This document shows, in pieces, positions 20,350-32,906 of a stretch of DNA of 64,000 bases. Source of the stretch: an uncultured delta proteobacterium. Its GTDB lineage: Bacteria > Myxococcota_A > Polyangia > Polyangiales > Polyangiaceae. The translations under genes were made by a program, and so were the position numbers. Numbering within the stretch: position 1 is the stretch's first letter; each line of letters opens with the position of its first letter. The DNA lies in the NCBI GenBank assembly GCA_963806225.1, contig CAWDXG010000004.1:1280001-1344000 (forward strand). The letters are read 5' to 3'. The notes beneath the pieces are model-generated. The model was not told where the DNA came from. It did not search any database and saw only the letters and a list, made by a program, of their open reading frames with translations.

Positions 20350-21435
20350 GTGCAACCGCTCGAAGACGTCCCGCTGGCTCCGCTGTGCACGCTCGGCGTG
20401 GGCGGCCCGGCCGCGTTCCTGGTCGAAGCCGGCGACGAGGCGAGCGTGATCGCGGCGCTCGAATGGGCCGGGCGCTACGGCGTGTCGGTGCGCGTGCTGG
20501 GCGGCGGCAGCAACGTCGTCGTCAGCGACGCCGGCTTCGACGGCCTGGTGATCCACGTGGCGCTCTCCGGCACCGAGTGGCGCGAGGAGCGAGACGGCAG
20601 CGTCGTCCTGTACGCGGCCGCCGGCGAGCCCTGGGACGCTCTGGTCGAGTCCAGCGTCGCGAAAAACCTCGCCGGGCTGGAGTGCCTGAGCGGGATCCCG
20701 GGACGCGCGGGCGCTACGCCGATCCAGAACGTGGGCGCGTACGGCCAGGAGGTCGCCGAAAGCATCAGCGCGGTGCGCGCGCTCGATCGCAGGACGCGGC
20801 GCGTGGTGACGCTCAGGCCGGCCGAATGCCGCTTCGCCTACCGTGACAGCCTGTTCAAGAGCGAGGAGCCGGAGCGCTTCGTCGTGCTCGGCGTCGACTA
20901 CCGGCTGGTGCCGGGCGGCGCGCCGACGCTCCGCTACCCGGAGCTCGCGCGTCGGCTCGAGGCCGGCGGCGTCGAGCGGGCGTCACTTTCCGACGTGCGT
21001 CGCACCGTGCTGGAGCTGCGACGCGAGAAGTCGATGCTGCTCGATCCGGACGACGAGAACAGCCGGAGCTGCGGCTCCTTCTTCGTCAACCCGCTTGTCA
21101 CTCCGGCAGAGCTCGCGAGCGTCGAGGCCGCGGCGGGAAACCCACAGATGCCGCGCTACCCCCAGCCCGACGGACGCACCAAGCTGTCGGCGGCCTGGCT
21201 GATCCAGCACGCCGGCTTCTCCCGCGGCGAGCGCGCGGGCGCGGTGGGACTTTCCACGCGCCACACGCTGGCGCTGGTGTGCCACGAGGGCGCGCGCGCG
21301 AGCGACGTGGTGGCGTTCGCACGGCGCATCCGCGCGCGCGTCGAGGAGCGCTTGGGCGTGCGCCTCGTGCCGGAGCCCGTCTTCTGGGGCTTTTCGAGCC
21401 TCGACGGCGGGCTGCCGGACGAGCGACTGGCGTAA
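20350..21435 (+). CDS. murB: UDP-N-acetylmuramate dehydrogenase
   Basis: LGGGSNVV, GLECLSGIPG, IQNVGAYG, FAYRDSLFK, SCGSFFVNP, LVPEP. Confidence 0.95.
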   Translation: MQPLEDVPLAPLCTLGVGGPAAFLVEAGDEASVIAALEWAGRYGVSVRVLGGGSNVVVSDAGFDGLVIHVALSGTEWREERDGSVVLYAAAGEPWDALVESSVAKNLAGLECLSGIPGRAGATPIQNVGAYGQEVAESISAVRALDRRTRRVVTLRPAECRFAYRDSLFKSEEPERFVVLGVDYRLVPGGAPTLRYPELARRLEAGGVERASLSDVRRTVLELRREKSMLLDPDDENSRSCGSFFVNPLVTPAELASVEAAAGNPQMPRYPQPDGRTKLSAAWLIQHAGFSRGERAGAVGLSTRHTLALVCHEGARASDVVAFARRIRARVEERLGVRLVPEPVFWGFSSLDGGLPDERLA

Positions 21436-22509
21436 TCAGCCGGCGTCCGCGCCGTTGAAGGTGCCGCCCGTGCCGCCACCGCCCGGGAGTGCGCCGCCCG
21501 TGCCGCCGGTGTTCATCTGTCCGGAGCACATGCTGGGCGAGATGCCGCCGGAGCTGCACTTGCCGTTCTGGCAATTTTCGCTCTGGCACTCGTCGAAGGA
21601 GCTGCAGGCCTGGCCGTCCGCCTTCTTGTTCGTGCAGGTCCCGGTGCCGGTGTGTGCGGGGTCGGCACAGTAGGTGCCGTCCTTGCACTCGTTGGAGAAG
21701 GACGAACACGACGAACCCGCCGCCCTCTTGGCCGCGCACGTGCCGCTATCGCAGTACGCGCCATCTACACAGCCCGAGTAGTCGGGGCATGGCTGGCCAA
21801 TCGGGATCATCGCGGCGCACACGCCGTTGCCCGCGCAGTACAGGCCGTCGTTCGTGTAGCAGGTCGCGTTGCCGCTGGGAGGAGCGCCGCCGCTGCCGCC
21901 CGCGCCGCCGCCGCCGCTGCTGGTGCCGCAGGACGTGACGTTGCCGTTCTCCGTGCAGGTCTCGTCGCAGCCGTCGCCCTTCTTGCCGCGCGGCTTCACG
22001 GTGCAGGTCCGCTGCCCGCTTCCGGCCTGCCCTCCGGCGCCCGACGGATGTTCACAGTAGACCTCCGCATTGGCGACCGGCTTGCATTCGGTGGAGCTCG
22101 TGCACGCCGCACCCGCCGGCTGGGTACCGGTGAAGACCTTCTGGCACGGAACCGCCGAGACGGCATCGAAGCCCTTGCAGGACGCGAAGGCCGCCGAAAC
22201 GGAGTCGATGCACGGGCCCGCGGCCGAGGCATCGTAGACGGCGTTCTTCGAGCTGAAGATCTGGCCGATGCTCTGGTCGAGCGCCGACTTGCATCCCGCC
22301 GCGTCGTACTTGTAGCCGGCGCTCTGGCAGCAGCTGCCGATGTTGTCGCAGACCGCACTCTCGAAGCGCGCCGGGAACTGGCTCTGCGGCACGGGCCCCG
22401 AGCCGGTCCCGTTGGTGGAACCACCGCAGCCACCGACCACGCCGCCGAGCAGAGCAGCGCACGCAAGGATCGATGGAAAAGCGCATCGTGTCATCCTTCC
22501 AGCCACCAC
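21436..22509 (-). CDS. Cys-rich secreted lipoprotein (myxobacterial type)
   Basis: Signal ending VVGGC; many GxxCxxxxxC modules; Gly-rich linkers. Confidence 0.75.
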   Translation of the reverse strand: MVAGRMTRCAFPSILACAALLGGVVGGCGGSTNGTGSGPVPQSQFPARFESAVCDNIGSCCQSAGYKYDAAGCKSALDQSIGQIFSSKNAVYDASAAGPCIDSVSAAFASCKGFDAVSAVPCQKVFTGTQPAGAACTSSTECKPVANAEVYCEHPSGAGGQAGSGQRTCTVKPRGKKGDGCDETCTENGNVTSCGTSSGGGGAGGSGGAPPSGNATCYTNDGLYCAGNGVCAAMIPIGQPCPDYSGCVDGAYCDSGTCAAKRAAGSSCSSFSNECKDGTYCADPAHTGTGTCTNKKADGQACSSFDECQSENCQNGKCSSGGISPSMCSGQMNTGGTGGALPGGGGTGGTFNGADAG

Positions 22510-22559
22510 CCCGGGCGGCCGAAGCGTGCACAGTCTACGCTACCCCCGCGGGTCGCGCA

Positions 22560-26159
<3,600 letters not shown>

Positions 26160-26160
<1 letters not shown>

Positions 26161-26984
26161 TGCCGGCTGCCGACCTCGCCCACAAGGCGCTCGCGCTTCT
26201 GACCCACGCCCGCGTCGTGACGCTGGTGCGCGCCGGGCTGATCCTGGTGCTGGGCCTGATCGCGGCGCGCCTGGCGAGCCGGGCCATCGGACGGCTTCTG
26301 GCGCGCAATCAGGACGTGCAGCAGGTCGCAGCTCCTGCGTCGGGTGACCGCTTGGGGGCTGTTCGGCGTCGCGCTGGCGTGGGCGCTGCAGGAGCTCGGC
26401 TTCAAGCTGGGCGTGCTGCTCGGCGCGGCTGGCGTCGCTACGGTCGCCATCGGCTTCGCCTCGCAGACCTCGCTTTCCAACCTGATCAGCGGCTTCTTCC
26501 TGTTCGGCGAGCGGCCCTTCAGCGTAGGCGACTTGATCGAGATCGAGGGCGTCGCCGGCGAGGTACTCGCGGTCGATCTCATCGCCACGAAGATCCGCAC
26601 CTTCGACAACCACTACGTGCGCATCCCCAACGAGGTGATGTTCAAGACGAAGGTGGTCAACTTGACGCGCTTCCCGATCCGCCGCTTCGATCTCGCCAGT
26701 GCCGGTCGCCTACGACGAGGATCTGGATCGGGTGCGCGAGCTACTCCTCTGCGTCTGCGAGCGGAACGAGCTGTCGCTCGCGGAACCGGCACCGCTGTGC
26801 TTCGTGCTCGGCTTCAACAGACTCGTCGGTGCAGATGCAGCTCAGCGTGTGGTCCGAGACGACGACCTGGTTTTCGATGAAGACCAGCCTGTGCCTCGAG
26901 ATCAAGCGCGCGCTCGATGAGCACGGCGTACGCCGCCCGTACCCGCACCGCGTGATCGAAGGCGACGCTTCTGGCCCAGCCTGA
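26160..26984 (+). CDS. Small-conductance mechanosensitive channel MscS family (frameshifted)
   Basis: LLGAAGVATVAIGFASQTSLSNLISG, RPFSVGDLI, IRTFDNHYVRIPN. Confidence 0.88.
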
Positions 26985-27040
26985 GCGCTAGCGAAGCCGG
27001 CGAGCGACTACGGCGGGGGTGGGCTGGGATGCGACTGGGC

Positions 27041-27361
27041 TCAGCCCGTGCGCTGGATGATGTGGTAGCCGAAGTCGGTCTCGACCACGTCGCTGACGCC
27101 GCCCACCGGCAGCGCGAAGGCCGTGTTCTCGAACGGCCCCACCATCTGCCCGCGGCCGAAGCTGCCGAGATCGCCGCCGCGCGACGACGACGGGCAGTCG
27201 GAGTGCTGCTTCGCCAGCTCGGCGAAGTCCGCGCCGCCGTCGATCTGCTGCTTGAGCTGGGCGATCTGCGTTTTCGCCTCGTCCTGGCTGCGCTTGGCCG
27301 TCGACCGCGCCGAGCCCGCGTACATCAACAGAATATGGGACGCCCTCACCTGATCGCTCAT
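27041..27361 (-). CDS. Parvulin-type peptidyl-prolyl cis-trans isomerase
   Basis: VRASHIL, FAELAKQHSDCPS, GGDLGSF, MVGPFE, ETDFGYHII. Confidence 0.93.
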   Translation of the reverse strand: MSDQVRASHILLMYAGSARSTAKRSQDEAKTQIAQLKQQIDGGADFAELAKQHSDCPSSSRGGDLGSFGRGQMVGPFENTAFALPVGGVSDVVETDFGYHIIQRTG

Positions 27362-27446
27362 CGTCGCTCCTTTTCCGCCGGGCCGCGCCCGCTTGCGAAG
27401 CCAGCCTTGCACACGGTGAGGGCGCGCTTCAACCCGGCTCCGGGCG

Positions 27447-28667
27447 TCATTCCGGCCCGGTATCCTCGCGGTATTCGCCCACCTGCGGGTACTTCTGCTG
27501 GATCGCGGACAGCGCCGCGGTCGCGCCGCTCCTGCACATCAGCGTCTCTTCCAGCACGGCGCTGGAGGCGAACTCGACGAGGGCGGTTCCGACGGCGGGG
27601 TCGATCTGCTTGGCCCCGCAGCCGTCGCTGGCGAGCGTGGCGACCAGCGACGGGATCTGCACGCCGTACTTGATGCCGACCTGCAGGATGCCGCCCTGAT
27701 CGCGGCCGAGCGAGCACAGATCCGTCGGCAGGCCGTGGCCGGCGTTGGACACGCCCACCAGGCGCTTCTTGACCGGGGTGGTGTCGTAGGCCGACTGCAG
27801 CTTCGAGTACGCGACGATGCCGTCGTCCATGCCGCCGAGGATGAGCGTCGAGACCAGCGATGGGCTCGCTGTCGTGCCGCCTGCCGACATCGGCATGCGC
27901 ACGAGTAGCCCCGGGCGATCTTCGAGCTTTTCGACGGCGCCACCGCCGGCGCTGTGCCCGCCGACGGCCATGTGATTCGTGTCGAGGTGCCCCGAGAGGA
28001 ACGCGAGATCGCCGCTCGGCGCCTCGACGGCGTCGAGAATCTTGTTGGCGTCGCCGACCTGGTCGGCCTGCACGCCGCTGCCCTGCCCGTTCAGCGTCGC
28101 CAGCACGTCCTTGAGCGTGATGCCGGGATGATCCGCCGCGAGAACGACGAAACCGCGGCTCGCCCAGTGCACCTGCTGGGTCAGGCTCAAGGTGCGGAAG
28201 CCCGCCAGGCCGTGGATGAACAACACCACCGGGTACGGCCCGTGCTGCTCGTCGATCGGCAGACCGCGATAGCAGTCGCAGACCTGCCACGGATTCGCCG
28301 AGTCCGGGATCTTGCCCTGCTCGGAGTCGGGCAGATGCTTGCGGATGTCGTATTCGACCTTCGGCTGGCACTGCTCGCTGCCCAGCTTCGCCGGGTACCA
28401 CACCTCCGTCACGAGCCCATCGATGTCTGCCGTGCGCACGCCCACGGGCCACGGGCCTTGTGCCGCCGGATCTTCCGGCAGCTGGTAGAGCGGCACGCCG
28501 TCACAACCCGTCCCCTGTGCGGGCGGCGTCGGCTGGGCCGGGACGCACGGGCCGCCGTCGGCACCGCCCGCCCCACCCTTCGGCGACGCGCTGTTGGACG
28601 AGCACGCCAGCGCGACGCCGGAGACAAGAACCCCACACCATCGTCGAACCATCCCCGCGAGCCCCAT
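27447..28667 (-). CDS. Alpha/beta-hydrolase lipoprotein (PAF-AH/chlorophyllase-like)
   Basis: Lipobox ALAC; PVVLFIHG, WASRGFVV, nucleophile motif GHSAG, downstream D and H. Confidence 0.8.
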   Translation of the reverse strand: MGLAGMVRRWCGVLVSGVALACSSNSASPKGGAGGADGGPCVPAQPTPPAQGTGCDGVPLYQLPEDPAAQGPWPVGVRTADIDGLVTEVWYPAKLGSEQCQPKVEYDIRKHLPDSEQGKIPDSANPWQVCDCYRGLPIDEQHGPYPVVLFIHGLAGFRTLSLTQQVHWASRGFVVLAADHPGITLKDVLATLNGQGSGVQADQVGDANKILDAVEAPSGDLAFLSGHLDTNHMAVGGHSAGGGAVEKLEDRPGLLVRMPMSAGGTTASPSLVSTLILGGMDDGIVAYSKLQSAYDTTPVKKRLVGVSNAGHGLPTDLCSLGRDQGGILQVGIKYGVQIPSLVATLASDGCGAKQIDPAVGTALVEFASSAVLEETLMCRSGATAALSAIQQKYPQVGEYREDTGPE

Positions 28668-28782
28668 GGCAGAAGTCTAGGTCCGGCGCGCACACCGGGC
28701 CAGGCCTTCGCGAAGAAGCACCCCTCGCATTTGCACCCCTGGCACAGTCGTGCCGGCGTGATCATGCTACGCGGTCGTAGGG

Positions 28783-31221
28783 ATGAGCGACGCCATCGCG
28801 GCCTATGCGGATGCGAGCGGGCTGGGACAGCCCGAGCGGCGGATTGCACTCAAGGGCCAGCTCGAGCTGCCCGACGGCTCGAAGGCCGACGCCGAGCTGT
28901 GGCGCACGACGCGGGGGCTCGTGCTCCTGGCGGCGAAGAGCGCATCCGAGGGGCGCAGCGTCGCGCTGCTCGAGGGCGACGCCCTGCACTACGTGCCCGG
29001 GCGTTTCTCGGACAGCGTGGAGGTCGACGGTGCCGCGCTCGGTGTGCCGACCGGCAGGGGCGCCGAGGTGCAGAAGCTGATCGCGCGCGAGCGGCTGTGC
29101 CGCGGCGTCGTTCCGCGGGAGGTGGACCGCGCGCACCACATCGAGCCGCCCGACGAGATCGAGCGCGGTTTCCTGAATGACTTCCTGGAATCGGGCGAGA
29201 TCCTGATCGCGTGGCTGCACGGATCGTCGCGCCTTCCGGTGCGTTCGAGCATCCTGACGGAGAGCGACGGGGAGGTACGCTTCCTGCTCACTGAACGACG
29301 GGCGGCGCTGGTGGCGCTGAACACGGTGGGCGACGTGCGCGTGGAGCCGCTCGAAGGCCAGGCACTGCGCAGCGACGCGGGCAGCGGCCTGATGCGCGCC
29401 GGCGAGCACTCGTGGAAGGCGGGGCGGAGCAGCGCGAAACGGCTCGCCGAGCTGGCGGCGCTGCCGCCGCTCGAGGCCAGCGAGCGCCTGCGCGAAGCGG
29501 CACGCCTGAACTGGCTGGCGCGGAGCGACGACAAGTCCGCTCTGCCGGCGGCGCGGCGCTTTCTCGACGCCGCGTCGAAAGGCGGCGACACGCTGGCGGC
29601 GTTCGCCGCCTTCATGGTCGGCGAGGAGCTGGAAGAAACGCACGTGACACGCCCCGACCTTCCCTCCGCCGTGCAAGCGATCGAGGGACAACCCCGCGGC
29701 GTTCTTGCACAGCTGTACGAGAGCTGGTCGATGTCGGTCGCGGCGGGCGACGCGCTCGTCCGGGATCTTCGCGAGCAGGGCGACGCCGCCGAGCCGTGGG
29801 CGCTCGCGCTGCACATCGCGGTGCACGCCAGCGCCCAGGAGCGGCAGCGGGATCCGATCGAAGGTGCGCTCGGCGACATCGCGCTGGCCGAGCACCTGCT
29901 CTTGCGGTCGGAGCGCGAGCGGGCGCGCGATCTGCTCGAAGCGCGCTTGAGCGCACTGCCCAGTGAAGCGCTGGAGGATCTGCTGCCCCCACGCGATGCG
30001 GATCTGACGGCGGGCGCGGGTGGCCAGGCGCTGCGCATCCGCATCTACGAGCTGCTCGCGGAGGCGCGTGGCCGCGATCGTGACAATCCCGACGTGCGCG
30101 CGCTGGCGGAGCTGGCACGGCTGCAGCCGCTGGTCGTCGAACGCGTGCAGGCGCTGGCCGATCGCGCCGAGGGCGAGCTCGAGTCCCGCGCGCGCCGCGT
30201 GCTCGCCGTGCTCGGACCAGGCGGGCTTGCACCCGACGCGGTGCCGCCGGGCGAGCCCGGGGTGGTGCACGCGCTGGCCGACGAGCAGCTCTGGGGCGCA
30301 TTGCGCCATCCGCTGGTGCGCGAGGGCGGCGCGTTGCTCGGACGACTGCAGACCCTGCTGGCGGCCGTTCCCCTGCCCGACGCCACGGTCATCCGCGACT
30401 ACTGCGAGCGGCTGTCGACGGCGCGCCATCGCGAAACGACGGATGCGCTCGAGCACGCCGCCCGCGCGCTCGACGATGCCGCGCGACTGCTCGGGGTGGC
30501 CGATGTGGTGGCGTACGTGTCGCGCGGCGACAAGGGCGTGGGCATGCGCGGCTACGAGGCCAAGCCGCCCTTCGTGCTGATCGGCGGGCGGCACATCGAA
30601 CCGGACAGCGAGTTCCGCATGCGACCGCGCGAGCTTTCGTTCGCGATCGGCACCGAGGTGGCGCACCTGCGCTACGGGCACAGCCGGGTGACTTCCAGCG
30701 ACGTGTGGGCGGGCGCACTGGAGAAGAGCAAACAGGGGCTGGACCTGGCGCTGGGCGTACTGCCCATGCTGCGCAGCTGGCGGCTCGCCGATCGCATGAG
30801 CCGGCTGGCGTCGCGCGTGCCACAGAGCACGCTGAAGCGAGTAGTGGGCGGCGCTGCAGCCGTCAGCGATCGGGTGCGGCGCGTGGTCGACCCGGCGCGG
30901 CAGAGCGACGACATCTCGGCGCTGAACGAGGATCTGGTCGCGGCCCATCGCGTGATGCAGCTCACCGCGGATCGCGCCGGCCTGCTTCTCGCTGGGAACG
31001 TCAGCGCAGCGCTGCGCGCCATGCTGCTGGTCCGGCGCGACTACCGGCGCGAGCTTTCCCAGGTGGAGCAGAAAGGCATCGAACCGATCCTGGCGCGGCG
31101 GGACGAGGAGGGCGAGATCGCCTACCAGGATCTCGCGGTGAGGGTTGCGGCGCTGCTTTCCTTCTATCTGTCCGACGACTACGCTCGACTCCAGAGCAGT
31201 CTGGCAGAGCACACAGCGTAG
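28783..31221 (+). CDS. Large helical protein with C-terminal degenerate M48 peptidase-like domain
   Basis: ELSFAIGTEVAHLRYGH and QLTADRAGLL match M48 patterns, with HExxH changed to TExxH and E to Q. Confidence 0.65.
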   Translation: MSDAIAAYADASGLGQPERRIALKGQLELPDGSKADAELWRTTRGLVLLAAKSASEGRSVALLEGDALHYVPGRFSDSVEVDGAALGVPTGRGAEVQKLIARERLCRGVVPREVDRAHHIEPPDEIERGFLNDFLESGEILIAWLHGSSRLPVRSSILTESDGEVRFLLTERRAALVALNTVGDVRVEPLEGQALRSDAGSGLMRAGEHSWKAGRSSAKRLAELAALPPLEASERLREAARLNWLARSDDKSALPAARRFLDAASKGGDTLAAFAAFMVGEELEETHVTRPDLPSAVQAIEGQPRGVLAQLYESWSMSVAAGDALVRDLREQGDAAEPWALALHIAVHASAQERQRDPIEGALGDIALAEHLLLRSERERARDLLEARLSALPSEALEDLLPPRDADLTAGAGGQALRIRIYELLAEARGRDRDNPDVRALAELARLQPLVVERVQALADRAEGELESRARRVLAVLGPGGLAPDAVPPGEPGVVHALADEQLWGALRHPLVREGGALLGRLQTLLAAVPLPDATVIRDYCERLSTARHRETTDALEHAARALDDAARLLGVADVVAYVSRGDKGVGMRGYEAKPPFVLIGGRHIEPDSEFRMRPRELSFAIGTEVAHLRYGHSRVTSSDVWAGALEKSKQGLDLALGVLPMLRSWRLADRMSRLASRVPQSTLKRVVGGAAAVSDRVRRVVDPARQSDDISALNEDLVAAHRVMQLTADRAGLLLAGNVSAALRAMLLVRRDYRRELSQVEQKGIEPILARRDEEGEIAYQDLAVRVAALLSFYLSDDYARLQSSLAEHTA

Positions 31222-31256
31222 CAAAATGTCACATATGCGTGACATTTTGCTACGCT
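31215..31256. repeat. Perfect 18-bp inverted repeat with 6-nt loop
   Basis: AGCGTAGCAAAATGTCAC-atatgc-GTGACATTTTGCTACGCT, overlapping the stop codon of the 812-aa gene. Confidence 0.9.
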
Positions 31257-31284
31257 TCAGCCGGAAAGCGCGGGGGGAGCGACG

Positions 31285-31527
31285 CTGGCGGACGAGAAGG
31301 CGGAATCCGGCGCGGCGTCGCCGGCGGCCGGCAGCGCAGCATCGACCGCTGGCGATGATCTGCTCGCTGTGCTGCGCGAGATCCTCGCCACGTAGCGGCA
31401 GGCGTCGGAGCGTCAGGCGCGCTTCCTGTGGCTGTTGATCCCGATCTTCGCGCTTCTGTGTGTCCAGGTCGTGCTGCTGCTGGTCCGCCAGCACGCTCGA
31501 GTTGCAGCAGCGAGTCCGGACACATAG
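31285..31527 (+). pseudogene. Small single-TM membrane protein ORF with CTG start and internal TAG
   Basis: After GGAG: LADEKAESG...DDLLAVLREILAT*RQASERQARFLWLLIPIFALLCVQVVLLLVRQH...*; TAG at 31393-31395. Confidence 0.45.
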
Positions 31528-31571
31528 CGCGCTGTCTTGACGTAGTGGCGCCGCGTCCGTATGCCGCCGGA

Positions 31572-32150
31572 ATGCCGTCTCCGCGCGAAAAGGCCGAGTT
31601 GCTCGAGAGGCTTGCGGAGCGGCCTGACCTGACCGCCGCGGAGCGCGCGGTGCTGCGCGAAGCCGCAGGGCTGTTCGGGTTCGAGACGCCGCATGAAATG
31701 AGCCGCGAGGCTCCGACAGCGCCGAGGAAGAAGCACGCGACGACGAAGGATGGCACGGCCATCCTGTGGAGCGACGGGGCCGCACGCGGCAACCCGGGTC
31801 CGGCGGGTATCGGCGCCATCCTCAAGACACCGGACGGCGACGTCATCGCCGAGGTCAGCGACTTCCTCGGTCACACCACGAACAACGTCGCCGAGTACCG
31901 CGCGCTGCTCGCGGGGCTGGAGCGCGCCATCGAGGTCGGCATCCAGCGCATCGAGGTGCGCGCCGACTCGGAGCTGATGATCAAGCAGCTCAAGGGACAG
32001 TACCGCGTCAAGAACGCGGGGCTGAAGCCGCTCTACGAACAGGCGCGGGAGCTCTTGTCGCAGTTCTCGAACGTGAAGCTTTCGCACGTCCGTCGCGAGC
32101 ACAACTCGGAGGCGGATCGCCTGGCGAACCTGGGAATCGACTCGCGATGA
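31572..32150 (+). CDS. rnhA: Ribonuclease HI with short N-terminal extension
   Basis: SDGAARGNPGPAG, TNNVAEY, DSELMIKQ, HVRREHNSEADRLAN. Confidence 0.92.
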   Translation: MPSPREKAELLERLAERPDLTAAERAVLREAAGLFGFETPHEMSREAPTAPRKKHATTKDGTAILWSDGAARGNPGPAGIGAILKTPDGDVIAEVSDFLGHTTNNVAEYRALLAGLERAIEVGIQRIEVRADSELMIKQLKGQYRVKNAGLKPLYEQARELLSQFSNVKLSHVRREHNSEADRLANLGIDSR

Positions 32151-32906
32151 CGCTCGTCCGCTACGAGACGCGCGGCCCCGTCTCCGTCCTGTGCATCGAT
32201 CGGCCCGAGCGGAAGAACGCCGTCGATCGCGCGACCGCCGCGGAGCTCCTCGAAGGCTACCGCCGCTTCGAGGCCGCCGACGAGCAGCGCGTGCTGATCG
32301 TCACCGGCAGCGCGGAGGTCTTCTGCGCCGGGGCCGACCTCAAGGCGCTCGACAACGACGTGGAGCGCGCCGAAGGCCCGATGGGCTTTACGCGACTCGT
32401 TTCGAAGAAGCCGACCCTCGCAGCCATCGAGGGCTACTGCGTCGCGGGCGGGCTCGAGATCGCGCTGTGGTGCGATCTGCGCGTGGCCGGCAGCTCGGCG
32501 AAGCTCGGCTGTCTGGAGCGGCGCTGGGGGGTGCCGCTCATCGATGGCGGGACGCAGCGGCTGCCACGCGTGGTGGGGCTCGGCCGGGCGCTGGATCTCG
32601 ATGCTCACCGGTCGGCTCGTCGACGCCGCCGAGGCCGAGCGCATCGGGCTCGTGGACCGGGTCGTTCCCGACGGCAGCGCGCTCGAGCGCGCGGTGGAGC
32701 TCGGCCAGGCCATCGCCAGGTTCCCGTGGTCGTGCGTGTTGGCCGACCGCGATTCGTTGCTCGAGGGCCTGGGCCGACCGCTCGCCGAAGGGCTCGGGAT
32801 CGAGGCGAAGCGCGGCACCGCCGTGCTCGTCGAAGCCGCCGAGGGAGCGGCGCGCTTCGCCGCCGGTGCCGGACGCCACGGCGGACAGCCCGGGAACGAC
32901 TCCTGA
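32147..32906 (+). CDS. Enoyl-CoA hydratase/isomerase family (frameshift near 32600)
   Basis: FCAGADL, AAIEGYCVAGGLEIALWCD, GVPLIDGGTQRLPR, LTGRLVDAAEA. Confidence 0.9.
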
